DNA of 64,000 bases from Dendronephthya gigantea (taxonomy: Eukaryota): positions 2,952,323 to 3,016,322 of the forward strand of contig NW_021163015.1 in the NCBI RefSeq assembly GCF_004324835.1. The letters run 5' to 3'. The notes under the pieces were generated by a model. That model had not been told where the DNA came from, searched no databases, and saw nothing but the letters and a program-made list of their open reading frames with translations. Shown in pieces: positions 1 through 13,689 of the stretch. Positions within the stretch are counted from its first letter, which is position 1. Each line of letters starts with the position of its first letter. Made by a program: the position numbers and the translations under genes.

Positions 1-2050
1 AACACCTTTCAATGAAAAGGAGGATATTGACTATGAAAAGTTGAAAGAGAATGTTGAAAAATGGAATGAAATCCCTTTTAAAGGTATGAGATATTTTATA
101 CTAATATGAAGAGAACGTTTTCATAATTTACCAGGAATTGAAAAGATGATCTGGTATAGTCATGTCAAGCAATTAAAATATCACTTGATGAGAACAATTT
201 TGAGCCTATATTTCTACATACAGGGTATGTTGTACAGGGTTCCAATGGAGAGTTTGCGTACATGGACTCAGACGAGAGGATAGATCTTGTGAAGAAGGTC
301 AGGGAATTTGCTCCTAAGGAGAAACTCATCATTGCTGGTGCTGCATGTGAAGGTAATGATGTGCTGGTAGATGAAAGACAGAATCATTTTAGTACACTAA
401 GAAAATTCAACCAATATTCATTGTGTAGCAATTTAAGGTAGTTAAAGTAGATGTACCCATAGATGTACCTATTTTTAGTATACCAAGAAAAAGTTGCCAA
501 ATAATTAGAACACATCATACGAGCTTTTACTGTCAGTGTTATCTATTTTAGTAAAGCTTCCAGTAGATTGATTGCACATATTTAATGGAACAAGTGCCGT
601 CATTCAATTAAACATAGAGTACTATAAAGATACTTCAGGTTTCATCCTCCATTCTACATGCAGGTACAAATCAGACCATCAGCATGGCACAAAATATGGC
701 TTCTGTAGGAGCAGATGCTGTCCTTGTTGCTACTCCTTGCTTTTATAAAGCTGGAATGACGAAGGAAGCCTTGGAAAGGCATTACACCAAGGTAACTACA
801 GTGTAATGAATATAAGCCAATTGAGTCAACCAAACTATGCTCAATTAGGTATGCTTATTTTGTGTTGAATAGGTTGCAGATTCATGTCCAGTGCCTGTGA
901 TTTTGTACAGTGTCCCAGCAAATACTGGTATTGACCTGCCTGAGGAAGCCATTGTTAATTTATCAAGACATCCAAATATTATTGGACTCAAAGACAGTGG
1001 AGGCAATGTATGACTTTCAACTAACATTCACACATATAATGTAAGATTTGTGCGTATTCCACTGTTGTCTAAATATTCATCAGAATATACCAATTTTCAC
1101 ATAGATTACTAAAATTGGTAGTGTCATTCATCGAACTTTAAAGGGAAGATTTCAAGTTTTGGCTGGTTCGGCATCCTTCCTCTATGCATCTCTCAGTTTA
1201 GGTAATGAATGAGGTTTACTGTGTATGTTAATGGTCTTCTTCTGCCTATAATGCCCTGAATGGATCCAGGTTGGAAGCTAAATGGCTCATTGGGTTAAAT
1301 CATAGAATAAAGAGCAAGGGCCACAATGATATAATGTGTGCAGTGGCTAGAGACACAAGAACTGCTTTGCAGAGGACAGTTTCCCACTTTCATCAGCAGC
1401 ACATGATAGTTATTATATCAGTTTAATTGTTGGATGAAAATTCACATGTTCAACGCACTGTTTTAGGTGCTGTTGGTGGCGTGTGTGCGCTGGCTAATGT
1501 CTTAGGCAAAGAAGTTTGTAAATTGGCTGAACTTCACAGAACAGGTGACCACGAGAAGGCGAAAGAAATGCAACATAAACTTATCCTGCCAAATACTGCA
1601 GTAAGTTTGACTTGGCCCAGCTAGACAAAAACATTTTAAACAACCTTCCTATCTGGACTGTTTCGTCTTCCGATAAAAAATTGAATTCAGCCTATTCGAG
1701 TTTTTTATATTTTTAGAGTTACCAACTTTATTGGCCAAATATATTGTTGTACTGTACTCGACTGCATTATTTACTCAAAATTTCCAAGCACCTTTCCCGA
1801 GTTGCTGTCGTTTGTACCATACTAGAAATAGATTAATCTTACCGTGGTAAAAATTTTTCCAGTAGGCCAGCGTGATTCACCACCTTCTCTGTGCCACCTT
1901 CTTCTAGGTTACCTCCAGACACGGGATTGCTGGTCTCAAAACTGCTATGGAGATTTTTGGATATTACGGAGGTCCAACAAGGTCACCATTACTGCCCTTA
2001 AAACAAGAACAGATCGAAGATGTCCGGCAAATATTCGAACCATTTTTGTG
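1..2050 (+). CDS. HOGA1: 4-hydroxy-2-oxoglutarate aldolase (HOGA1; DHDPS/DapA-like), multi-exon, 5' end outside window
   Basis: Exons approx. 1-83 ([27 protein letters not shown]), 223-350 ([42 protein letters not shown]), 662-792 ([43 protein letters not shown]), 871-1008 ([45 protein letters not shown]), 1095-1201 ([33 protein letters not shown]), 1463-1599 ([44 protein letters not shown]), 1896-2050 ([47 protein letters not shown]). All flanked by AG/GT. Collinear with vertebrate HOGA1 (…VQGSNGEF…SVPANTG…KDSGG…[14 protein letters not shown]…). Confidence 0.85.
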
Positions 2051-3896
2051 AAATATTTTATTGGACTGACGCTAAGGAATACGGAATGCTATTTGGAATT
2101 GATCTAATCCTAGTTTTATACAATGTTGCAAACATATTTTATACACGTCCAGCGTGCTTGAGAAAGCTTCTTTATTTCGGAAAACATTCATCACCTACCT
2201 TCAGACACACATCTCCTAAAAACCTGCTATCTGCAAGGAACAATGTAGATCTATATCACTATATGTGTCATCAACCTTTTAAAATAAAAATTTGGCTTGC
2301 AAAATATGCAAAAATCATCTAAAACAAATTTGCATTCAAAATAGTTTACAACCAATATGTATTGTCCTATTTAGTATATTTAATCTCTATGGTACAAGGA
2401 ACGGAGAGTTTTGACATATTACGTACAGAATTTGCAGGTGATCATCACCAAACAATGCAGGCCCGAATCAAACCGAAGGCTCAACATTAAGAAACAAAAT
2501 ATACAGAATTTTTACAACTATGGTTTGGGAACATTTTGACACTTCTATCATCTGCATAAAAGGCGTAAACACCTTGTCACAACGGTAATATTTTTAACTA
2601 CCATCCACCTAAGTCTCAAAGCAAAATACCGCGAGCAATTGTCTAGTAAATACTCTTGTATATGCACTTGTTCAAATCGCATTCCACACCACCAGGGTTA
2701 AGAAAAGATGAGTGCATATATTTCGAATCTTTACTATCGTTATATTGATTAAATTATTAGTTGGACGGAACTTATTCAATGCAGTTCAGGGGAAACGTTA
2801 AACGGTAGACAGTGTAGTTTTGAATCGATATAACTCTAAAGCTACGATTCAGAACTACAGTGTTGTTCTTCATGTATTGAGCGAATCTCTAGCTAAATTG
2901 GATCTCAGTGTATGTTAACAAAGATGTACACACACACGAAGACTCTTCGTAAACAACTTGAAATAACATGCACTGAAATCAGGTTTTGAACATTCTCTAA
3001 TAACTGCGCGGTATTGGCAGGGCGGGGGATTGTGTTGAGGAGCTAGAGACGCGGGGTAACGTGAGGTGCGCTAACCAACCAGAACTTGGTGCAAAATGGA
3101 CGAGAACAAAACATGCATGACCCCTCCCTCCCACGGTGTGTTCCGTACTTAAAATATAAAATGTATATCTACGTGTAGATTAATGGCTACTACTTTATAT
3201 TACGACGTATGAACAGTATAGATATATAATGTGAAGTCCAGGTTACTGATTAAAAACAATCCAACCGTAGTGATGGCCCGTGCAAACCAAAACTTGTTGT
3301 GATTCAAAAAAGAACTGCTACAAGAGTATTTCTGGGTTTTCTGTGTTGTTGGCCACAAAAAGAAACATTTCAGGAATTCATCAAATTCGTAGAGCGACGA
3401 TATGGCGGGCGATTTTATTTCGTGAAAACATAGAAACTTGTCAACCGTCGACCACAATCTAGCGACCTATATAGAGATAGAAAGATGAGCGTCACAGGCG
3501 GGTTCTTAACTACCCAATGATTATTAGCACTATCCCTAAGGGTGGAGACTGGATGGACAGCCAAGATCGGAATTTTTTCATAAAAAGCAATTTTTACTGC
3601 AGGTAAAGAGCAAAACGCAATAAAAACTGCAACTGTTAACTGAAGAGCCCAGAATTTAAAAAATGCTTACAGTGATCCTGGGTTTAACCGAGTTTAAACG
3701 AAGCACGAGATGATTTTGAAGTATTGAAATAAGTCATTACGAAAGGAAACAAGCACATACTATTGTCGAGATGACTACACGACTGCCATTTCATTCAATA
3801 CCTCAAAGTTATCATACGCTCCGTTTAATCACGGCTAAGCTCGATTATGTGAACAGTCATAAACACATAGAACCCTCTACTTCAATACTAGAAAAG

Positions 3897-6598
3897 TTAT
3901 CTCAACTGAAGAGCGATGTATGACGGTGGAATGGAATGAGATACCATACCTCTCGTCTTCGGCTCTCGTTCATGCCTCTTGGCACCAGTGCCCGTCGTGG
4001 CTGCCGCGGTGCTGGAACTCGAGGCCTGTTGTGCTGCTTTCTGTTTCAGCAACGTCCAATCAAACACGTAGTCGTATTGATGGTTCAATGTGCGGAACAG
4101 AATTCGAAATAGTTGCCTAAGGTACATGTAGTCTGGTGCCTCTTCAAACCGCAGACCACGGCAGTAATTCAAGTACATTGCAAATTCGGCAGGAAAACCC
4201 TAAAATGATGATAAATAATAATATTCATGAGGAAATTTTTCACAAACATGGAAGGGGGGTGGTATGTAACCCCTCAGAGCAGAATCTAAAAATCTGGTCT
4301 TGTCTATACATATGAAGAGACCATTCAGGCTACTTACTTTACAAAGGACCTCTACAGGAGTTGACATCTTCTTTTCACTAATTTTTTCGTATTTCTGTTT
4401 CTTTGTCGCAGCCTACCATTAACAGACAGTCAGTCAATTGACACTAATCACACACCATTTCCATGCATTTATAGAGGAGTCAAAGCAAAAGGCAATTGCA
4501 TGCAGTACCTTTAGTCCTTGCCAGGGTAAGCTCGTTCTGTTGAAGTACATCAAGACATAGCCCAGTGATTCCATATCATCCCGTCTTCTACAAAAACATA
4601 CAAGCAAAACAATGATGAGAAATGTTAAAATACATTCATTCATTTATTTCTCTCGATACTCAAGGATTTGCCTCATTTACTTGTGGTGAAATGAAACTAA
4701 TCTCTCCAGAAAGACCCAATATCCTGCAACTTATTTTGTCTTTTGATAGAAGTAATCGATTTAAACATGCTCTGTCAATACATCACAACTTACGATTGTT
4801 CAATCCCTAGATGGGCGTTGATACTTGCATATCTTGCGGTGCCAGTCAAATTCTTGTCCTCTCTATATACAATGTGTTGCTTGGTTCTACTATCTCGATA
4901 TTTTTTGGCCAAACCAAAATCAATTAAAAACAACTGAAGAAATAAAAATACGATCAAATATTAGCCTCATTCTGTACAAAAAAATAAAAGAAAATCAACA
5001 TTTTAAATACAGCTAGCAGATACAACGTTGTCATTTTCATGACACAAACTCACTTTATTACAATGCTTCCCGATTCCCATTAGAAAATTATCCGGCTTAA
5101 TGTCCCTGTGAATGAAGTTCTTGTTGTGCACGTATTCTATTCTACCAATCATCTAGGAAAATTAAAATGATAAATTAAATACAAAGCAATAGTATGTGTG
5201 TCGATCAAATGTGTCCATCAAATATGATACTTGATATATATGACAGGGTTGGGCTGTACAAATGTATAGTTTTGCTCTTTTTTTTGAGCTTATCAACTGT
5301 TAAAGTTAAGAGAGCTTTGGACAGCTGTCCTCTGATCAACAGCAACTCACCTGATCTGCAAGCATCAAAACAGTTTTCATGGTGAATCTGCGCGAGCAAA
5401 AATTAAACAAATCTTCCAAACTCGGTCCTAATAAGTCCATGACTAGAATATTGTAGTCTTTTTCTTGTCCATACCACCTGAAAGTAAACATGTTTGATAA
5501 GCTAACTTTGCCTTGTTTGCATGATAATATGATAAAGTGATTATGAGTAATGTCAACACTTTAATTAAAAATCAATTTCACCTGATGTGTGGGATTCCCA
5601 CGCCACCTTGAAGGATCTTGTACAACTTTGATTCATAAAGTAGTTGTGGATGACGAGCCTTAGACGACTCCAACTTCACCGCAACTTCCTAAAAGCCAGA
5701 CCAAACGCTTTTAACATAGGAAAGATTCTATTGTAATAACTAACTTCTGGAGAAATCAGCATTGACTGAAATTTATGGAACAGTTTAGACCATTCTAGAA
5801 AAACATCAGCACGTAAAGATAACGATGGTTGTACTAGGCATATCAAAATTTTTCACGGTTAATAGTTAAACATATAAGAACGCACTATGCCTTCTGGCCC
5901 ACACTACCCCCCGAAGATACAATCATTTTCAAAACATTTGGCTTTTGTGTTGCCAATATTAAAACAAGAAAAATGTTGAAACAAATCTCATCACAAATAT
6001 TTTGACACTAACAATTCAATGATGCAATTGCAATATCGGACCTAGCCATGTAGGGATTCACTTGAATTCAACTAATGAGTTTTAAACTTAATAATGTAAC
6101 TTTTTAAATGTAACTTCTAAAAAAAATTAATAAAATGAAATTCTACACCATTGGTATACATGAAGTATCGATTTCTCATAACAAAAACATATCATTCTCA
6201 TTGTAAGATGTTTGAATGTTGAAATAACATAACTCACTGTTTAAATAACTACTAATGCAAAATAAGGAATGGAATGAGATCTCGTTCATTAAAACAATTC
6301 CGCTGAAAATATTTTCTTATTGATTACCAATATTTTACGAGCAATACACGGTAGAGTATACAATTACACGCCCTTTTGTAATGGGGAAACATTACAAGGT
6401 TAAACCACGCATTGTTAATTTCTTTTGCCGTGGTAAACTAGTTAAAACTAATGTGCAAAATTAACAATGACAAACCTCTGTGTTCGTTATATTTGTTGCC
6501 AAATAAATGTCCCCAAAGGAACCGCTACCAATCTTCCTTACCAAGCGATATTTGCTACCGACGATAAACTCTGATTTTGACTCTCTCGAGCTGGACAT
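3897..6598 (-). CDS. CSNK1A1: Casein kinase 1 alpha (CK1 family Ser/Thr kinase), 8 coding exons
   Basis: Minus-strand exons approx. 6476-6598 ([41 protein letters not shown]), 5584-5689 ([36 protein letters not shown]), 5345-5473 ([42 protein letters not shown]), 5053-5143 ([33 protein letters not shown]), 4797-4929 ([47 protein letters not shown]), 4516-4594 ([26 protein letters not shown]), 4322-4425 ([25 protein letters not shown]), ~3950-4193 ([62 protein letters not shown]…). Near-identical to CK1alpha over the whole kinase domain. The exact 3' end is uncertain. A 5' UTR exon may lie near 7500. Confidence 0.9.
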
Positions 6599-8825
6599 TT
6601 CTGAGGGAAGTCGCCTATTCATCAATTCTGATATTTGTTTCTAAACAAACACGCTTTTTGTCAGTACTTTTTTTGTGATTAACTAAACTGACCAGCTGCC
6701 TAGAACAGTAGAACTAGCTATATTTTAATAATATTAAATATTATTTATATTTTCACACAACAATCACACATAAACACCGTAGTCAACGCTCTGGCATCCA
6801 TTTTGAAGAAGCAAATCAAGACAGTCCAATTTCAAATCGCCTTGTCATGAAAAATCGCCTTGGAATTTGACCTAAATGGCCTTTTAAAAGAGTTCGGCTT
6901 GTACGCGGTAAAAAATAAGTGCCCATTTCGCGAAGCGTGTGAAAATTTTAGTACTGATTTTTAGGGCTAAATTTCATTGCTGGCCATTGGTTGCCAAAGA
7001 AAATGCATTTAACGATATAAAGAGTTAACATGTTTTAAGAATTAAGTTATAAATCCAGTCCAAACAAAGCGGTATTTGGTCGCGGTTGAAGCGACATGAA
7101 TAATTGAAGAGCGACCACGAACTTCATCCGGACACAATTTCGCCACACGAAATCATCTCGATTGTGCCCAAAACACAGTGTTTTCACTCATATACTTATA
7201 AATCAAGTATTCCCTTATATACGTATGCCTTCATTTAAAAAAAAAATACCCAAAAGCCATAGATTTCGCTAAACAAAGCCCACAAACGCAATAAACCCCC
7301 ACATCACAGTCCACACAATACGCCACTATTGAGCTCATATTTAGTTATTTACAAGCAAAAATGAGCGCTTTTATAACTCACCTTTCCCCAAAGAAATTAC
7401 GTCTAAATAAACCTAAAGATATGTAGTTCACCATAAGCATACAAAAGAAGCGGCTCGCCTTTGTTTAGATGATAGAAATAAGCATTACTTTCTACATATC
7501 AACTTCCAAAAACAACCTCCATTTTGCTTGTCTGCGGGAGTTTGAGGGCCAGCAGTCGACATTGGGGCTCAAACTTGTTGTCATGGTGATCACGAAAAAT
7601 ATGCGCAGATGAGATCATTCAGAAGTATGTGAAGCATTATGGTGTAAGAGTTTGTATGAGTGATATCACTTGAATATTGCACATTCAAGCTCGTTTTAGG
7701 CTGATTTTTAAATGAAGCAGCCCAAGGAACCCGCTTCCTGCTGATATAGTCAGACAATTATATTACAATGAGCTGCAAAATAGAAAATAAAACTGATTGA
7801 CGGACATGCGCACTGCCCAGTTTCCCCGTCTGTCACAATCATAGAAGATACAAAGAAAAATATCTTATATAAACTTTTCGCGAGAAAAAAATACATGGAC
7901 CTGGCAACCTTTGACGTGATACACGTGGTTATAGGAGGTCTAAGGGCGGTGTTCACATTGCAAGGGGGTGCCCCCCTGCTGCAGCCTCCCTTATTGGGGG
8001 GCGCCCCGTACGCCTATGCTTTTGCGACAGTCTTCAAATTTCTGCCTAAATGAAGGAAAAAAATACCCTAAAACGCCGTCAACGAAGTCAACAACGTAAT
8101 GCCATCAATCAATGGTTCCGGTGTATAATTAAATAATAATATAACCAATGTTTTTACTTGAACTGTGCTAGAATTGCAAGTTCCTACAAACAAATTGCGA
8201 ATTCCTACAAACATATTAAACCCAAATGAGCTTGTATCATTTCAAACACACAAGATTGCAAAGGAAAGGGTGTGCATTGCCAAATATGATGATCAGCAAA
8301 GTCATATGCCTATCTATAACCACATCATTTTTTTCACTCTGCATGATGGGTATCACTGACATTTCATATCGGTATTCATGTCTTTATGACAAAGAACTAA
8401 ATACTTGTACGTCAGGACAAACATTTTTTTGTAAAACCATTAGCTCGTTGAAGACAAGAAATGCAAAAAATGCGAAAAATTATTTTTGCGCACAATTTCC
8501 GACATCTTCCGAAGATGGCGACCAACTTTTGAACGATGACTTTCGACATTTTGTTGTTATTGTTTTGCAGTGTTGTTTTGGAACGAAACTCGGAAACTGA
8601 ATGAAAGCAAAACGGAAGCTGTATCAACTGCATGTTGTTTGAAGAGATTTGACAGAAAATTGTGTCAGTTTTGCAACTAAGAATCCAAGATTATACAGCT
8701 CATAAAAAATTATCCTTAGTGACTAAAAGAAACACTTTTATATATAAAGGTGTATCGCTACTGACGCTACATTAGCCTACCTACCTGCGTGTTGTGATTT
8801 GCTTTAGAAGCTAAGCATATAATAA

Positions 8826-10370
<1,545 letters not shown>

Positions 10371-10689
10371 AAAGGCCATGTTACACAGTACAATTTTTCT
10401 TGCAACTTGCAATGCAATTCTACTTCTAAGAGATGCAAATTAGTGAAAAGTCTTGTAGAAGAAAAGTGCATGAAGTTTAATAAACACAAAAGTTTCCTTG
10501 TTCCCAAAAATACATCTCTCAAAAGTAGAATTGCATTGCAAGTTGCAAGAAAAATTGCACCGTGTAACAGAGCCTTAACATGCAAGCATTATTTTGATAG
10601 TTCCTTTGTTCTTTGAATCCAAACCCTTGCCTTTGGACACATTGGCAGTAACACAGCACACTTGTCCTTAGATACAGAATTGTTCATTC

Positions 10690-10935
10690 TCTTTCAGAAT
10701 TAACAAACAACCAACAATCAATCCTTCTACTATTTAAACGGTTAAAAGCTTGGTATATATGAACAAGTAATTAGTGCCTGGAGGAGTTTGTAAAAATAAA
10801 CGAATAGCTTAAAATTGATTGACAAACAATCAATCCTTCTACTATTTAAACGGTAAAAAGCTTGGTGGTATATATGAACAAGTAATTAGTGCCTGGAGGA
10901 GTTTGTAAAAATAAACGAATAGCTTAAAATTGATA
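10690..10935. repeat. Tandem duplication, 2 copies of ~122 bp
   Basis: The block 'caaacaa[c]caatcaatccttctactatttaaacggt[t/a]aaaagcttggt(gg)atatatgaacaagtaattagtgcctggaggagtttgtaaaaataaacgaatagcttaaaattgat' occurs twice head-to-tail, with a few substitutions and indels. Confidence 0.8.
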
Positions 10936-11364
10936 GGTGTAATATAAATAGCAAGTTATTAATTAATAATTTATGTTTTGTGATTTATATTTTGCAAAGT
11001 GTGAACTTTCTCCACACTGCATGTGGGGTATGTTGTATAGCGAAGGCTGATGAACACTTTTGCAATATTTAACCATCAAACCGTTGACTAGAACAAGTTA
11101 ACAGGTTCTATACAACAAGCCCCTTGTCATCAAAATGCAGAATTTGCATTAACAGGATTGAAAAAGCATTTCCTAAAGTTTCTTGAAACTATCTGACTTG
11201 CTGCAGAAAGAAAGTAAATGACATTCTGTGTTGTCTTTATACTGTCATGAAGGTTATTTTGCCATTTGGTAGTCCTAAATGCCTCTACAGCTCCACTTAT
11301 GGCATTGTTTGTCTATATTATCGCTATACAGTACAATATACTTATATAAAACTTTGTACAATTT

Positions 11365-12918
11365 TCAATAAAACATGCCAGTGTAACTGCCTGAGGAGAT
11401 ATCTGACGACTCCATAGATGATCGACTTAAAATTTTGTCATCTTGTGATACAGTACTTGGTATTCTGTCATATGATACAGATCTTCCTGCTCTGTTGTTA
11501 ATTATAATGTCTGATTTGTTGCTTCTTAAAAATACACTAAATGGGTTGTCCGTGTTAGTTGCACAACCGAAATCCTCCATCATGTCTTCGACTGTTTTTT
11601 CCGGATATTTCCCTTCCAGGAAAGCTTCAATTTCCTCGACAGTCATGGGGGATTGTAGGAACAAGTGAAGCCCACTGAATGATAGGAATTTGTTGATGTC
11701 AAGGACACTGAATAAGGGAAAGACAGAGCAGAACGGTTAACAAAAATCACAACCCACCTGGGTTATGGGGAAAAACCTAATTTTATATGACCAGTTCAAG
11801 CCTTAGGCAACATGATAGGAAGAGGGGATATTTTTTATTCGCTCTAATGGGAAAGAGTCATTACTACCTTTCAAGAAAATCCTGTAGTCCTTGCTGCCGC
11901 AGGCTCAGAAACGAAGGATGAAATCTTCCAATCATTTTCTTTGGTGGTAACTCCGGAACATTTCCTCTGCAATACAAGATTGTTGCTTAGAGAATTTGTG
12001 GGTCTTGAATACAGGATAATAACACTGAGAACATCAACTCTCATTCAATAATAGGAATTTTAATGAGTAAAGGGCTGAAGGTCAATTACCCTATAAGTCA
12101 AGGTGACATTGTGCAAAGCAAAATACCAAGTATGTCATTAAAAGGTTTCATCATTGATTTCAAAGAATTGTCAATGTTTTTTCCAGCTAAACTTGTTCTA
12201 GTCGCCATGAATAGTTTTTTAATTTCAAAACAAGAAACAGCAAATTCCTTTCTTTCACGGCTCATAATTTTTCTTAGCAACAAGTATTTATTATTGTAAT
12301 GATAAAATTCCGTGTCAGAATCAGAATATATAATGATGTAAACATTGTCTTCATTTTCGCCCTAAAATATACTCACTTTCCTAAACCGTTCACTTCGACG
12401 CTACCCAGTTGCTTTCTTAACCACAAAAACTCAGAGAATCGTCTTCTCACGGTCGAAGTTCTTCGTGAAAAAGCAATTTTATTTGTCTAAAACGGAATAG
12501 GGAATATCAGTATCATATCTGTATTATTTCGTCAGCCACGGTCATGGATGACGTTTCCCGTTTCAAAAATACTTTTATGTACAAAACGGTTGAGAAGAAA
12601 AAAAGATTATTCCCATACCTCGATATATACTTCATAATCTGTGTATTTCCCTTTGTTAAGATGCTTGTACGTTCTTGGATAACGAACTTCAACCGAGAGA
12701 TACTATACAATAATATATTGATGAACATTTATTGTAAGACGTAATTACGAAACATAAGTCACAAGACTGAAGACTACTTTACATTTATGTCTAAAAATAC
12801 TGTTTCCTGTAACTTCAAGGCAATCGATGCCAAGATTATAGCTTTATACGTATTAAAATCATCATAAAACTTTAAACGAGTCTCTTACCTCCGTTTCTGA
12901 ACAAGATTTCGAAAGCAT
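11365..12918 (-). CDS. SNX10: Sorting nexin 10/11-like PX-domain protein, 5 exons
   Basis: Minus-strand exons approx. 12890-12918 (MLSKSCSETE), 12640-12702 (YLSVEVRYPRTYKHLNKGKYTDYEVYIE), 12384-12492 (TNKIAFSRRTSTVRRRFSEFLWLRKQLGSVEVNGLGK), 11885-11975 (GNVPELPPKKMIGRFHPSFLSLRQQGLQDFLE), 11365-11691 (SVLDINKFLSFSGLHLFLQSPMTVEEIEAFLEGKYPEKTVEDMMEDF…GMFY*). Collinear with human SNX10 ([26 protein letters not shown]…RRRYREFVWLRQRL…LPELPSKN…RRQGLEDFL…LHLFLQS). Confidence 0.8.
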
Positions 12919-13270
12919 TGTAGCGTTTATTGTGGGTTGTACTTTGACTGCGTGATCGAAATTTGGCGGCTTCGCATTTATGCTACAAATTATTGACACG
13001 TCTCCCTGCGAATGTAATACCTCACACATCTAGATATTACCCGTTTACTGTTAAACTCATAGATGCATTCTACTACTTCTAACACGATTTCCTGAGAAAA
13101 ATATGGATATCGCGGAAGAAATACGGAGGCAGTTTTACGTCAACAAACGTCCCGTCGGTCCCGAGCAAAGTCCCGAGTCTCGTGTCATGTTCGCGTGAAA
13201 AACTCGTGACCCCGAATTAACTTAAAAATCAAAACGAAACAAGTTAAACACGCAGCACGCACGCGGCGAG

Positions 13271-13440
13271 CAGAAAAATTTTTTGGGATCACTTGAAGGC
13301 TTGGTTACCAAGCACTGATCTATAGTTCTTACTGGACTAACATTATTAGCAACCTTTTACTTTCAGACACTGAGCTATAGTTTCACTGGACTAACATTAT
13401 TAATACCCTTTTACTTCCGGTAGTCGGCAGCGCGCTACTT
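13271..13440. repeat. Left terminal inverted repeat of the MULE-like element (contains internal direct subrepeats 'actggactaacatta')
   Basis: Aligned by eye to the reverse complement of 20760-20927. The subrepeat '…ctgagctata[g/t]tttcactggactaacatta…' is duplicated within each TIR. Confidence 0.8.
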
Positions 13441-13689
13441 CCGGCTTCAATTTTTGATCTACATTGATCTTCATTCTCCAGCAACCTCGCAAGCCAAGCT
13501 TTTCTACCTTACATACGCTCCATGATTTTACTACACAGTTTATACTCAACTGTAATATCGAAAGACGAAGCGCGGAAACAAATGGCGTGAAATCAATACA
13601 TTTTAGAACTGATTTAAACGAGGTAAACTCCCATATTATTTTTTCGGAGCATCTGAATATAGTCAGATTCAAGAACAGCAGCATGAATG

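Noticed and set aside
3160-3200. Apparent palindrome 'atatctacgtgtagat'
   Set aside because: On checking, the reverse complement differs at the centre (ACGTGT vs ACACGT). It is only an imperfect palindrome of ordinary length.
3897-4178. 93-aa ORF read as a free-standing CDS
   Set aside because: It is the last coding exon of CK1alpha, continuing by read-through past the real splice or stop. The N-terminal 'M' is internal to the kinase C-lobe (…[15 protein letters not shown]…).
7500-7600. Possible first coding exon of CK1alpha near 7540 (MSTAGPQTPADKQNGGCFWKLICRK, ending in a GTAATG donor)
   Set aside because: It does not match the CK1 N-terminus. The genuine ATG exon ([33 protein letters not shown]) is at 6476-6598. 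The 7540 segment may be a 5' UTR exon at most.
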